Part shown: piece after piece, positions 55,507 through 64,000 of the stretch
How the letters are laid out: every line of letters starts with the position of its first letter
Numbering within the stretch: position 1 is the first letter of the stretch
Source of the DNA: an uncultured virus (IMG/VR IMGVR_UViG_3300037087_000281)
Lineage: Duplodnaviria; Heunggongvirae; Uroviricota; Caudoviricetes
Length of the DNA: 64,000 bases
Reading direction: 5' to 3' (one strand)
Virus record (IMG/VR): IMGVR_UViG_3300037087_000281
Notes under the pieces: model-generated
The model's database searches: none
Seen by the model: only the letters and a program-made list of their open reading frames with translations
What the model was told of the DNA's origin: nothing
Translations under genes and position numbers: made by a program

Positions 55507-56013
55507 CTAGTTCCCCGGAAACCGATCCCGCAGCTTGCGACGGGTCTCGGCCAGCTTCCCGGCCCCGGCCTCCACCGCGCTCTGGAGAGACAGCTCGCTC
55601 CTCATCAAGTTCCCCACCACCTGCAAGCTGTCCCTGCGCATCCTGAACGCCTCCACGAGGAGCTTGGCGAACTCGTCGGCCTCGTCTGCGGCGTCGAACG
55701 CGTGGCGGGCGTCCGTCACGTCCTCGTCTACCAGGAGGAGCGACTCGATGGCTCCCTCCGTCATCTTCTCCCCGAGGTCTTTCGCCGTCTTGCGGATCAG
55801 CAGCTCGTGCTCCGCTTGCGTGCGCTCCCAGCTCATCTTCGCCGCGCTCCGCGCGCCCATGGTCTCGACCCGGTACCGAATCGCGTCCACGAACATCCCC
55901 GGGTTCTGGGCGGCCGCGTCCACGACGTTCTCCGGGGAGAAGTCGATGCGGTTGAGCAAGTCCTCCACGTTGGTCCTCTTCGCCGCTTGGTTGGTCGTCG
56001 TCGGTTTCTTCAT
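55507..56013 (-). CDS. UvsY-like recombination mediator (helical protein)
   Basis: KMTEGAIESLL...AFRMRRDSL pattern; next to SSB and RecA. Confidence 0.5.
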   Translation of the reverse strand: MKKPTTTNQAAKRTNVEDLLNRIDFSPENVVDAAAQNPGMFVDAIRYRVETMGARSAAKMSWERTQAEHELLIRKTAKDLGEKMTEGAIESLLLVDEDVTDARHAFDAADEADEFAKLLVEAFRMRRDSLQVVGNLMRSELSLQSAVEAGAGKLAETRRKLRDRFPGN

Positions 56014-56039
56014 GGCTATCTAACTATACGGTTTCAGAA

Positions 56040-57791
56040 TCACTCGGCGATCGCTTCGGGCATCAAGTCCTCCCACCGCTTGAACTCGACCTCTCGCTGC
56101 TTCTCGCGCCATCGAGACAAGAACTCCTCGACGGGTCCGCCCTCGTAGTCCGTCAAACTCCCCATGCAGAAGCCCGCAGACGCCTCGGCGATCAGCGGAA
56201 CGTGGAGCTTGATCCCGAACTCCCGCTCGGAGTAGGCCGCTGCTCCCTCCTGCATGAGGTGCTTGCACTGCTTGTACGCTTCTGGGAGGTCTCGCAAGTG
56301 GACTCGGAAGACCAGCGCGTCGTGGATCTCCATCAAGCATTTTTGGAGAAGCCCGTAAGTCCGCGACTTCATCTCCAGGAGGGCGAGCGCGATGAGGATT
56401 AACCCATGCGCCGAGCCTTGAATCGGACTGTTAACCGCTTGGTTCGCCCAGAAAGTCTTGCGCCCGTGCTCGTTGGTCTTGTTGATGTCCCGGCGAAACC
56501 CGTAGAGCGTCTCGACGAATCCTTCATTTTCCGCCTGGTCGTGCATCTTCTGAATGAACGCGGCGACTCCCGTGTACGTCTTGAAGTACTTGTCGTAGAG
56601 CTTGACGAGCCGCTTGTAGGTGATCCCGGTCATGTCGGCGTTCTTCCCGTCGATGGCCCTGATCTTGGCGACCACGTACGGGTAGAGGGACTCCCTGCCG
56701 AGGCCGAAGATGACGCCAAAGTGCATGTTCTTCACCATCTTGCGGAGGTTCTTCTCGGCTTTGATCCTCTCCACGGGCCACCCCGTGAGGGAGTTCCCGA
56801 CGAGGCAGTGGATGTCCTGCCCCGTGTTGAACTGGGAGATGAGGAGCCGGTCCCCGGATATCTCCGCGAGCATCCTTACCTCGATCTGACTGTTCTGCGT
56901 GACGACGCCGCAAGCCAAAACATAGTTGTGATCCGGCTCCACCGTTATCGTGAACATCGGTTGAGTTCCTGCCGGTTCGATGGCGATGATCTTGTGATTT
57001 AATCCGCGCTTTATTTTCTTTACGAGCCGATTAGAGTACCCGTAACTAAGGCCGAAATGATCAGCTACTTTTGAAGCTGTCCAGTTGTCGACGCATACAA
57101 ACTGATGTAGGAACTGCATGTCTTCATCAGACAGTTTGCTGTTTGGGTTCCCTCGCCCGTTGTAAGAACGGCGCTTTTTAACGCCTTCTCTAAGCGCCTT
57201 GATCCTGACCGCATGATCTTGTTTCGCGTAGATGACTCTCATGTGTTCCGCTCGATGATCGTACCTCAACTTGTACTCTAAATTTCCCGGAGAGTTGTTG
57301 GTAGGATCATCGTCTTTATGATGAACTTCATGCCCTTCTGGGCAAGGTCCCAAATAAGCTTCGGCCACCAAATGATGCTCGTAGTCATATATGAAATGAG
57401 ACCTGGAGTACCACGTCTTGTAACCTCCTCCGTTAGATCCCGGGCGACAAGGCACCATCCGTTCCCCGATCCGTAACTCTTCTGTGGTTTTGACTACAAC
57501 TCCGGAAGTTTTTCTCGCTTGTACTTTTTCCAGAGTGGGCCATCTGTGATCATAGGAAGCGATGACGGACTCATCGTTGTCGAACGTTACTTTATACGCT
57601 TTTTTCGGACGGACCGTCTTAATGCGTGTTACTGCGCCCCATTTTATTCTTCCATCTCTGTAAGTAAGCACGGGGGTGCCGACGCTTAAGCTGCTTATCT
57701 TTACTGCCCCATTCAATGTTTGTATGAGGGTGTCCGGATGCAAGCACTGGTCGGCAGCGAGGAACACCCAGAGGTCATCGAGATCCTTCAC
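56040..57791 (-). CDS. DNA polymerase family A, C-terminal (palm/fingers) subunit, intein-containing
   Basis: GTG coupled to upstream stop; motif A ADQ|SQIEVR, motif B RKMVKNMHFGVIFG, NSPIQGSA, motif C IHDAL. Confidence 0.88.
   Translation of the reverse strand: MKDLDDLWVFLAADQCLHPDTLIQTLNGAVKISSLSVGTPVLTYRDGRIKWGAVTRIKTVRPKKAYKVTFDNDESVIASYDHRWPTLEKVQARKTSGVVVKTTEELRIGERMVPCRPGSNGGGYKTWYSRSHFIYDYEHHLVAEAYLGPCPEGHEVHHKDDDPTNNSPGNLEYKLRYDHRAEHMRVIYAKQDHAVRIKALREGVKKRRSYNGRGNPNSKLSDEDMQFLHQFVCVDNWTASKVADHFGLSYGYSNRLVKKIKRGLNHKIIAIEPAGTQPMFTITVEPDHNYVLACGVVTQNSQIEVRMLAEISGDRLLISQFNTGQDIHCLVGNSLTGWPVERIKAEKNLRKMVKNMHFGVIFGLGRESLYPYVVAKIRAIDGKNADMTGITYKRLVKLYDKYFKTYTGVAAFIQKMHDQAENEGFVETLYGFRRDINKTNEHGRKTFWANQAVNSPIQGSAHGLILIALALLEMKSRTYGLLQKCLMEIHDALVFRVHLRDLPEAYKQCKHLMQEGAAAYSEREFGIKLHVPLIAEASAGFCMGSLTDYEGGPVEEFLSRWREKQREVEFKRWEDLMPEAIAE
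56892..57746 (-). mobile_element. Intein (285 aa) with HNH endonuclease in polymerase motif A
   Basis: Starts CLHPDT, block B ASYDHRW, VHHKDDDPTNNSPGNL, ends HNYVLACGVVTQN followed by Ser. Confidence 0.9.
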
Positions 57792-57943
57792 TCGCGCGTC
57801 ACCGTCCACGACGCGCCCTCCAGGAGCGCCGTTACGTCCTCTTGAATTAGCTCTATGACCTGGGCGTCGGACATGGATGCGAACTGCTCCTCCGTGGCCC
57901 AGAAGTCCTCTAACTCCTTGGTGACCGTGACGGAGACGCGCAT
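57788..57943 (-). CDS. Small acidic hypothetical protein (51 aa)
   Basis: MRVSVTVTKELEDFW...; coupled to neighbours on both sides. Confidence 0.5.
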   Translation of the reverse strand: MRVSVTVTKELEDFWATEEQFASMSDAQVIELIQEDVTALLEGASWTVTRE

Positions 57944-58329
57944 CAGTCCCCCTCCCGGCGGTACGAGAACGGCTCCCGCATTCTGGAACCGCTGTGCCCG
58001 AGGTAGGTGCTGGTGTCGCTGCGCTCGTGGGGCCGGGTGGCACTCTCCGCCGCCGTGTTCCAGTGGAACAGCGGGTTCTCCGGAGCGCGGGTCTCCAACC
58101 AGGCGTAGTTGAAGAGGTTGCGGAGGTTCTCGGAGTTGCCGGTCCGCTCGTACTTCTCCAGCTCCTTCCGCATCCGCGTCATGTACTTCATCCTCCTGCT
58201 CGGACCGCCGTGCGGGGCCTCGTAGCGCGGGTACCCGAAGGCGAGGCGATTGGCGGCCTGCTGGACGAACTCGATGAAGTGCGGCCAGTCGTGACGGAAC
58301 TTGCCGCTGCACCAGACGGTGAACTCCAT
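57943..58329 (-). CDS. Hypothetical protein
   Basis: GGAGG SD; NRLAFGYPRY...YERTGNSENL. Confidence 0.6.
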   Translation of the reverse strand: MEFTVWCSGKFRHDWPHFIEFVQQAANRLAFGYPRYEAPHGGPSRRMKYMTRMRKELEKYERTGNSENLRNLFNYAWLETRAPENPLFHWNTAAESATRPHERSDTSTYLGHSGSRMREPFSYRREGD

Positions 58330-58489
58330 CAGTAACCTCCATCCGTGCAGTAGTCGCAGCACCCGCAGCTGCCGTCTTGACAACTCCCGCCACTACGATA
58401 CTCGGCGTTCTTTTGCGCTTCTTCCGCGAGGTACCGACGAATCCGTTCTTCCCGTTCGTCGATCTTCTTGATCTCAGCAGCGATGGATA

Positions 58490-58906
58490 TCATCGGTCAT
58501 CTCCGTCGCCGTGAAGAGTTCCTCGTAAAACTCTCCCAGCGTATTTCTCCAGCGCGATGTCGGCTACCTCTTGAAGGGTCATCCCGAGCTCGAAAACTGT
58601 CGCTGACACGTACCACATCACGTCGCCCAGTTCTTTGCAAATGGCCAAGCGCCGTTCCTCGTTCAGGTGTCCGTCGTAGTCTCGGAGCAATTTCTTTACT
58701 TTCTCCGCCACCTCACCGCTCTCTCCGCATAGCCCCAACGCAGTATAAGGGAGATTACTTCCTTTGTCAGGATATATGGCAGTGTCCATGCAACGCTTTT
58801 GAAACTCATTCAAAGTAAGTTGCTGGCAGACCGAGCAAAGTTTCCCAGCCGTTCCGACTTCTCGACTCTGGCACTGCGGGCAATAGTCTAAATTCGGATC
58901 TTTCAT
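58490..58906 (-). CDS. MazG-like nucleotide pyrophosphohydrolase
   Basis: LGLCGESGEVAEKVKK...KELGDVMWY...GDGDDR. Confidence 0.88.
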   Translation of the reverse strand: MKDPNLDYCPQCQSREVGTAGKLCSVCQQLTLNEFQKRCMDTAIYPDKGSNLPYTALGLCGESGEVAEKVKKLLRDYDGHLNEERRLAICKELGDVMWYVSATVFELGMTLQEVADIALEKYAGRVLRGTLHGDGDDR

Positions 58907-59108
58907 TTGCTTATCCTCATTTCGATTGTTATCAAGTGCATCTCGGCTATGGTATCCTTGTACCCCAAGTAAGACATCTGAGTATAAAGTGGCTCTTTGC
59001 CAGATCTCGTATGCCCCTTGACGTAAGTACAAGAAATTCCATTCACTAACTGATACCGGGCAAGCAGCATGAATCCAGCTAGCTTCAAAAACTCCCGTTC
59101 CCAATTCT

Positions 59109-59774
59109 TCACCGCATCTTACTCATAGCCGCCGTCTGTTTCGTTAGTGGCTCAATGTCATCGAACAGTATCGGAATCTTTACCTTCAGTTCAGCCAGTA
59201 GTGGAATGGTCACCTGTCGCATCTGCGGATGGGCTTCTTTGGTCGTCCGCATGATCATAATGTGCCGAAGATTGCGGAGGTTAGTCGTCGTGATTATCCT
59301 GCTGGCAAGGGCGTTGGGAAAGACAGAGCGGGCAATCTGAGGAGCGCATCCCTCGTTGATTAACTTCTGGTACCACTTCTCGGCGTCCTCGATCCCACAT
59401 ATCCACGAGGCCTCTCTCGCTACCTCGTCTGGCTCCCCGTTGAAAGGCGTGATAAAGCTAGGGGGCATCTTCTTCTGGTAGTTGACAAAACGCGTACTTT
59501 CCTGTGTGAAAGCGCACAAGCGGTGCCGCACCCACTCGTGGGTAATGCCGCGGTCCACCACCATGTCGATGGTAACCGAGGCGTGCTCCACGATGCTCCA
59601 GTCCCCGTGGCCCAGAACCACGGTTTCGATGAATCGTCTCCAGGAGTCCTCGGTCTGCGCTTCTTCAGAGCGGTGGGAGATCCGCCCGCACCACTCGATC
59701 TTCTTCAGCAGCTTGACGCCGGCCTCCAGGTCGGGGACGTCCATCAGCCGCGCGTACGGCGTCACTATGTTCAT
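59109..59774 (-). CDS. thyX: Flavin-dependent thymidylate synthase
   Basis: SIVEH; RGITHEWVRHR...QESTRF; ARSVFP; AHPQMR. Confidence 0.92.
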   Translation of the reverse strand: MNIVTPYARLMDVPDLEAGVKLLKKIEWCGRISHRSEEAQTEDSWRRFIETVVLGHGDWSIVEHASVTIDMVVDRGITHEWVRHRLCAFTQESTRFVNYQKKMPPSFITPFNGEPDEVAREASWICGIEDAEKWYQKLINEGCAPQIARSVFPNALASRIITTTNLRNLRHIMIMRTTKEAHPQMRQVTIPLLAELKVKIPILFDDIEPLTKQTAAMSKMR

Positions 59775-61594
59775 TTCTCCTCCAAAGCCAATCTCCACCG
59801 GCGGTCCGACACCATCAAGTTCTGCATCATCGGGTTCCCGTGCGTATTCTGGAAATTGAGGATGCCCTCGGCCTCGGCCCGGTCCCCCTTGCCGCTTCGC
59901 AGCCTCCCCGTGACCGCGCCAACTAACCACCATATAGTTCTAAGTTCGCCATCGTGGAGTTCTGCGCTCCTCGCGTACCCGGCGAGGTAAGTCGACGCGA
60001 TCTTGCCGATAGTCCTACGCTTCATGACTAATTCCAACACCGGGTCTCCGGTCTCAGCGAGGAGAAGTTCCAGGATCTCCTTCCCGGTCCCGCGCGTGAC
60101 AGTCCCCCTCCTGTCCGTCGGCGTCGGCAGCTTCAAGACGTCGTAGAGCAGGTGGGCCACCTGCTGCGAGGAGTCGCACTCGAAGCCGGGATCGTCGGCT
60201 AACTGCCTGAGATGCCTATCTAACTCTGCGATCATCTTCGGGACTGCCTCCGACGCTTTCTTCCAGTTTTCCCAATCAAGGATCGGCCCGCGCCGCTCCA
60301 TCTTGTCGAGAGTCATCCCGGCCCTTACGTACACTTTGGCGAGAGCTTGATTGACTTGCGGGCTAAACCTCTCTTCCAGTCGCTTCGTCACGTCACAGTC
60401 TCCGCAGTTGCGCAAGACGAGGAGATCGAGCGGCACGTTGGCATAGTTGACCGATCCGAAAGTGCCGTCGCCGCCCGCATGTTCGATCACGGTGTCTTTG
60501 TAGTCTCCGAACTCGGGGAAGAACAGGTATGTGAGATTCTCTAATCCGCAGCTACGAAGAAAAGAATGCCGTAGGAACGTCCCGTACATCGTGTCATAAT
60601 CGTACCCTCGCAATTTGGCTCCGAGGTATATCGCGCTCGCGGCCGAGTCATATGACCCGTTCTGGAGAGTCTTCGGAATCGATACGTCTTCTAACAAGAG
60701 TTTCAACCGCCGACGTAAACTCTCACGCGTCTTCAAATCGGAACTCGCTTCAGGATGATCGATGACTACGGACCAAGCGCGGCCCGTCCAAGTCTTCCAG
60801 TTCCCTATGACGCGAAACTTTCCGACTCCGAATCCCGCCAGTAGCATCACTTTCTTCCCATTGACTGTTCCATCTTCTACGTCATAACTGACTCGCCGTC
60901 CGGCCTTTGCTTCGGCCTTGATGATCTTCTCCATCGCGTCGAACGTCTCGACGGACTCTACCGCTTCGTAGCGCCTCGACTTTATGTAACCCCATCGACC
61001 GGGATTCTTTAAGATCGTTGCGACGGCCCGCAGCTTCTCCTTCCAGACGTTGAACTCCCATCCAGCCGCTTCTCCTCTTCGCAGAAGGTATGACGGGTGC
61101 TGGAGATAAACACAATACGCATTCCACGGTTCGTGCCAAAATACCGGATGATCTTTCTTTAATGCTTTCCCGAGAAGTTGTTCTCCCGCTATATCCCCGA
61201 GTATCACGTGAACGACGGCCTCTCCGCGGTTAAGGTCGAGAGCTTCCGAGTTGTAAACGGCACAGCACTGGAGTTCCCGCTTCGTCGGGTCGCGCTCTTG
61301 GCCATCATCGGCAGGCCAGCACCTCACTCCCGCGTTCTGCACGTCGAAGTGGCCCCTCGTTAATCCGACCTCCGACAGCGCCTCCCACAAGAGCTTACCG
61401 GAGCTCCCCGACAGCTCCAAGCCCTTCGCGTTGTCGATCTTCCCCGGCCACGCTCCCCAAAGCATGGCCCGTCTGCCCTTGACGCGCGATAGTCCCTTGA
61501 TCTTCTTGACTCCGGCTATACCGTCGAGGGGGCAATGCGAACACCCCAAGACTTCGCCTCGGCGGGTCACCGGCTGGTTAAACAGATTTTTCAC
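59771..61594 (-). CDS. DNA polymerase family A, N-terminal subunit: UDG4-like domain + 3'-5' exonuclease + thumb
   Basis: CSHCPL...G.SGKLL...RC.P...HPSYLLR; YDVED, QNGSYD, DTM; QVAHLLY; STYL; TGRLRS...NFQN. Confidence 0.85.
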   Translation of the reverse strand: MKNLFNQPVTRRGEVLGCSHCPLDGIAGVKKIKGLSRVKGRRAMLWGAWPGKIDNAKGLELSGSSGKLLWEALSEVGLTRGHFDVQNAGVRCWPADDGQERDPTKRELQCCAVYNSEALDLNRGEAVVHVILGDIAGEQLLGKALKKDHPVFWHEPWNAYCVYLQHPSYLLRRGEAAGWEFNVWKEKLRAVATILKNPGRWGYIKSRRYEAVESVETFDAMEKIIKAEAKAGRRVSYDVEDGTVNGKKVMLLAGFGVGKFRVIGNWKTWTGRAWSVVIDHPEASSDLKTRESLRRRLKLLLEDVSIPKTLQNGSYDSAASAIYLGAKLRGYDYDTMYGTFLRHSFLRSCGLENLTYLFFPEFGDYKDTVIEHAGGDGTFGSVNYANVPLDLLVLRNCGDCDVTKRLEERFSPQVNQALAKVYVRAGMTLDKMERRGPILDWENWKKASEAVPKMIAELDRHLRQLADDPGFECDSSQQVAHLLYDVLKLPTPTDRRGTVTRGTGKEILELLLAETGDPVLELVMKRRTIGKIASTYLAGYARSAELHDGELRTIWWLVGAVTGRLRSGKGDRAEAEGILNFQNTHGNPMMQNLMVSDRRWRLALEEK

Positions 61595-62322
61595 AGCAAA
61601 GACCTGCGAGGTGATTTCTTTTTCACAGAAACGCTTTTGTTGAAAAGGAGACGACGTGTCTGGTTAAGTCTCTTCACGGCGATGGCGCAGTATTTCTCCT
61701 CGATTTCGATGCCGATGGCGCGGCGGCCAAGTTGCTTCGCGGCTACCAGCGTTGTGCCGCTGCCCATAAACAAGTCGAGAACGACCTCGTCTTGCAAGGT
61801 TCCGAGTCGGATGAGCTTATTGATGACGCGCAGCGGCTTCACCGTCGGATGCATGAAATCATTTTGCTCCGACGGGCTGACGATGAACCTGCTCTTGTCT
61901 CGAAAGGAGCCGTGCAGCTTGTTGGCCGAGAAGTGGTGCACAATGTACTCGGTGTCCGGAAGGTAGTTCCCGTTGGACAGCGGCGTGGGGTTCGGCTTGT
62001 TCCACGTGATTAGCATCCATCTCCTTTCGGGGCTTTGAGCGGCGCGCAAGATCTCAATTAGTTGATTTTTCCCGCAGAAGCAGAACCAGTTGTCGAATGA
62101 CCGTAGCAACCCGACGTCGAACCCCCCGTCGATGTGCCCGTGGATGTCGGCAAGGTACTTGCGCCGTGCGCCGATGCCGCCTCCCTTCGCTCCGATTTCG
62201 TAGGGAGGATCAGTAAGCACTAAATCCACCTTCGGAAGATGAGGCAGTATGTCGTTGCAATCAGCGCAATAGATCGTGATACCTTTCCCGTCATCGTAGT
62301 AAGGTTTGAGCAGTTTACTCAT
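61591..62322 (-). CDS. DNA N6-adenine/N4-cytosine methyltransferase (beta class)
   Basis: TDPPY precedes HPTVKP and DLFMGSGTT. Confidence 0.9.
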   Translation of the reverse strand: MSKLLKPYYDDGKGITIYCADCNDILPHLPKVDLVLTDPPYEIGAKGGGIGARRKYLADIHGHIDGGFDVGLLRSFDNWFCFCGKNQLIEILRAAQSPERRWMLITWNKPNPTPLSNGNYLPDTEYIVHHFSANKLHGSFRDKSRFIVSPSEQNDFMHPTVKPLRVINKLIRLGTLQDEVVLDLFMGSGTTLVAAKQLGRRAIGIEIEEKYCAIAVKRLNQTRRLLFNKSVSVKKKSPRRSLL

Positions 62323-62333
62323 TTCAATCGTCG

Positions 62334-62428
62334 CTTAAATCACGTTTCTTGCCCTCTACCGTGGCCTAGGATCGCTCGCCGGGGTCGAACCCATGTTGAG
62401 CTACCTGTTCCGGGAAGGATCGCTTAGA
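62334..62428 (-). repeat. Fixed-spacing dispersed element, copy 5 (intergenic, diverged)
   Basis: TCTAAG...GATCCTAG(+55)...CAAGAAA(+77)...TTTAA(+89). Confidence 0.6.
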
Positions 62429-62435
62429 ATAAACT

Positions 62436-63149
62436 CTACGCACTCGGTCTCCCTTTCAATTGCGCCGGTTTTCTTTCGGTCTTCGCTTTGGCTCGCCTTT
62501 GATGGTTTACCGGATGCAAATATGGAGTCCCAACTCCCTCCCCGAAGACCTCAGCCAGTTCTGGCGCGAATGTGAAGTAGCAGTAGTTCGGGTTGGTCAG
62601 CGTTCCCAGAAGCATCCGCTGCGCCTCTGCCTTGGCGATCCCGCGCGTTCGCAGATAAAACAACGCTTCTTCGTCAACTCGCGCTTCGTCGCTGAGGTAG
62701 TGAATGCGAAGCCCGTCTTCCTCGCAAAATTCCAGGAACTTCGTGATATCGACTTTTTGGTACTCGTGCGGCCAAATGTGGACCGCTCCGTCCGGTGTAT
62801 TGATGACTGCCTGTTGCAGATGAACGTACTCCCGCTCCTTCCGCCGTTTGATCCCAAGGTCATGCAACAGAACCCGCGAATTGGAAACATGCGGCATCGC
62901 GTACCAAAGCGACAAATGCGGGACGGTGACCACTTTTGTGCTGGCTGCATCGACCTGTCGCCCGACCGTTACCGACACCAGCAACATGATCCAACCGCCG
63001 CCCTCAGGGATCGCTTTGCCGTATTCTTCTGGAAAGGCGTCTTCTGGGCATTCGCGCCGATGGACCATATCGGTGATTGTCGAGTCCTTCTGGAGTTTGG
63101 CGTCCTCCGATTCGGTCCAAGCGGGATTCGGAATCATTCGAGGTATCAT
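62436..63149 (-). CDS. Hypothetical protein with SufB/SufD-like C-terminal helix motif
   Basis: VDEEALFYLRTRGIAKAEAQRMLL. Confidence 0.55.
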   Translation of the reverse strand: MIPRMIPNPAWTESEDAKLQKDSTITDMVHRRECPEDAFPEEYGKAIPEGGGWIMLLVSVTVGRQVDAASTKVVTVPHLSLWYAMPHVSNSRVLLHDLGIKRRKEREYVHLQQAVINTPDGAVHIWPHEYQKVDITKFLEFCEEDGLRIHYLSDEARVDEEALFYLRTRGIAKAEAQRMLLGTLTNPNYCYFTFAPELAEVFGEGVGTPYLHPVNHQRRAKAKTERKPAQLKGRPSA

Positions 63150-63176
63150 GTCAGCTTACTCGTTGGTACAAAAATT

Positions 63177-64000
63177 CTACAGGTCCGCGAAGACGAGCGC
63201 GCTTCTTATTTTCCCGTCGAGGTACCGAAGGCAGGTCGCGTTGGCGGTCTTGGCGATCTCGACGCGCGCCTGGCACGCGGCGGCCCTCTCCAGCCACGGA
63301 GCCAGCCTCCTTATCGGCCACACGGCGGCGGCCATCCCGTTGACGAGCTTCGCCGGAACTGTCTTCTGGAACTTCCCGGCTCCGAGGTCCACCGTGAAGG
63401 AAATTCCCTTCGCGGCCGGCTCAACTTTGGCGTCTTCCGCCTTGTCCACCAGGAACTGAGACGCCGTCTGGATGACTTCCAGCAAATCCTCAGCCGAAGC
63501 TTCGGCGACCGTCGGAGACTTCAACGCTATAGCGAGGGAGGTCTTGCACATGTCCAGCGGGTAGTTGTCGAGGTCGGCGGAGCGCGGCTGGAATACGTGC
63601 CCGTCCGGCGTGACCGCCCCCGCTCCCCTGTCGTCCGTGGCCAGCTTGCCGCCGGATGATGCCAAGAACTGCGCGACCGCCGCGGGGAGGAAGAAGCTCT
63701 GCTTGATCGACGGCGACAGGTACGCCGCGAGGAAGATCGTGTCGGTCGCGACGACACCGTAACCCTTGACGAAGTTGACCGCTTCCACGCTCTCGGCTCC
63801 GGCGGCCGATGGGAGGTATTTCACGGCGACTCCGACGGCGGCCTTCAGCTCGGGAGAGAGATCATATTCACCGACGGGTTTCCAAGACTCGTACCCGGCG
63901 ACGACGGCGCGCGCCGGGATCTCCAGGCGCTGACCAGCTTTCATCAAGATGGCCCCGCTCTTGTCGACGAAGACCTCCACCTCATCCTTCCGCGCCGTGG
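63177..64000 (-). CDS. Probable sliding clamp (beta-clamp-like), 5' truncated
   Basis: VVATDT and DNYP motifs; same module encodes a clamp loader. Confidence 0.5.
   Translation of the reverse strand, partial: TARKDEVEVFVDKSGAILMKAGQRLEIPARAVVAGYESWKPVGEYDLSPELKAAVGVAVKYLPSAAGAESVEAVNFVKGYGVVATDTIFLAAYLSPSIKQSFFLPAAVAQFLASSGGKLATDDRGAGAVTPDGHVFQPRSADLDNYPLDMCKTSLAIALKSPTVAEASAEDLLEVIQTASQFLVDKAEDAKVEPAAKGISFTVDLGAGKFQKTVPAKLVNGMAAAVWPIRRLAPWLERAAACQARVEIAKTANATCLRYLDGKIRSALVFADL

Noticed and set aside
57792..58043. Long N-terminal extension of the polymerase C-terminal ORF
   Set aside because: Overlaps two better-supported small genes; GTG at 57791 is coupled to the upstream stop
57792..59770. 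Group I intron joining the polymerase halves
   Set aside because: The interval is filled with coupled protein genes and I found no intron core; not formally excluded without a model search
1..64000. tRNA, rRNA, integrase, endolysin, terminase, portal, reverse transcriptase/DGR
   Set aside because: None recognised by eye; the essential ones probably lie outside the window

Overview
This window is a GC-rich tailed dsDNA phage genome segment with siphovirus-like gene order; no host genes, rRNA, tRNA or CRISPR array are recognisable. Bases 1-24402 (+) are the virion module: XkdF-like protease, scaffold, cement, major capsid, head-tail proteins, tail tube, chaperones, a 1861-aa tape measure and tail-tip genes. 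A cluster of glycosyltransferase and methyltransferase genes is embedded in it. Bases 24406-64000 (-) hold helicases, homing endonucleases, a small-gene 'early' operon (about 33.5-44.3 kb) and a replication/recombination module. That module has RuvC, a fused Mre11-Rad50, clamp loader, RecA, SSB, a family A DNA polymerase split into two genes (one with an intein), MazG, ThyX, a DNA methylase and a clamp-like protein. The main finding is eight twister-ribozyme-like elements (four close to consensus, two of them circularly permuted, with pseudoknot covariation between copies) plus one hammerhead-like element punctuating the early operon, mostly just upstream of ribosome-binding sites. This suggests a polycistronic mRNA that processes itself. 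Also notable are a five-copy ~95-bp fixed-spacing DNA element, a CCGTATAAT promoter family, and a homing-endonuclease insertion that duplicated a helicase 3' end. All product calls come from motif recognition by eye; no searches were run.
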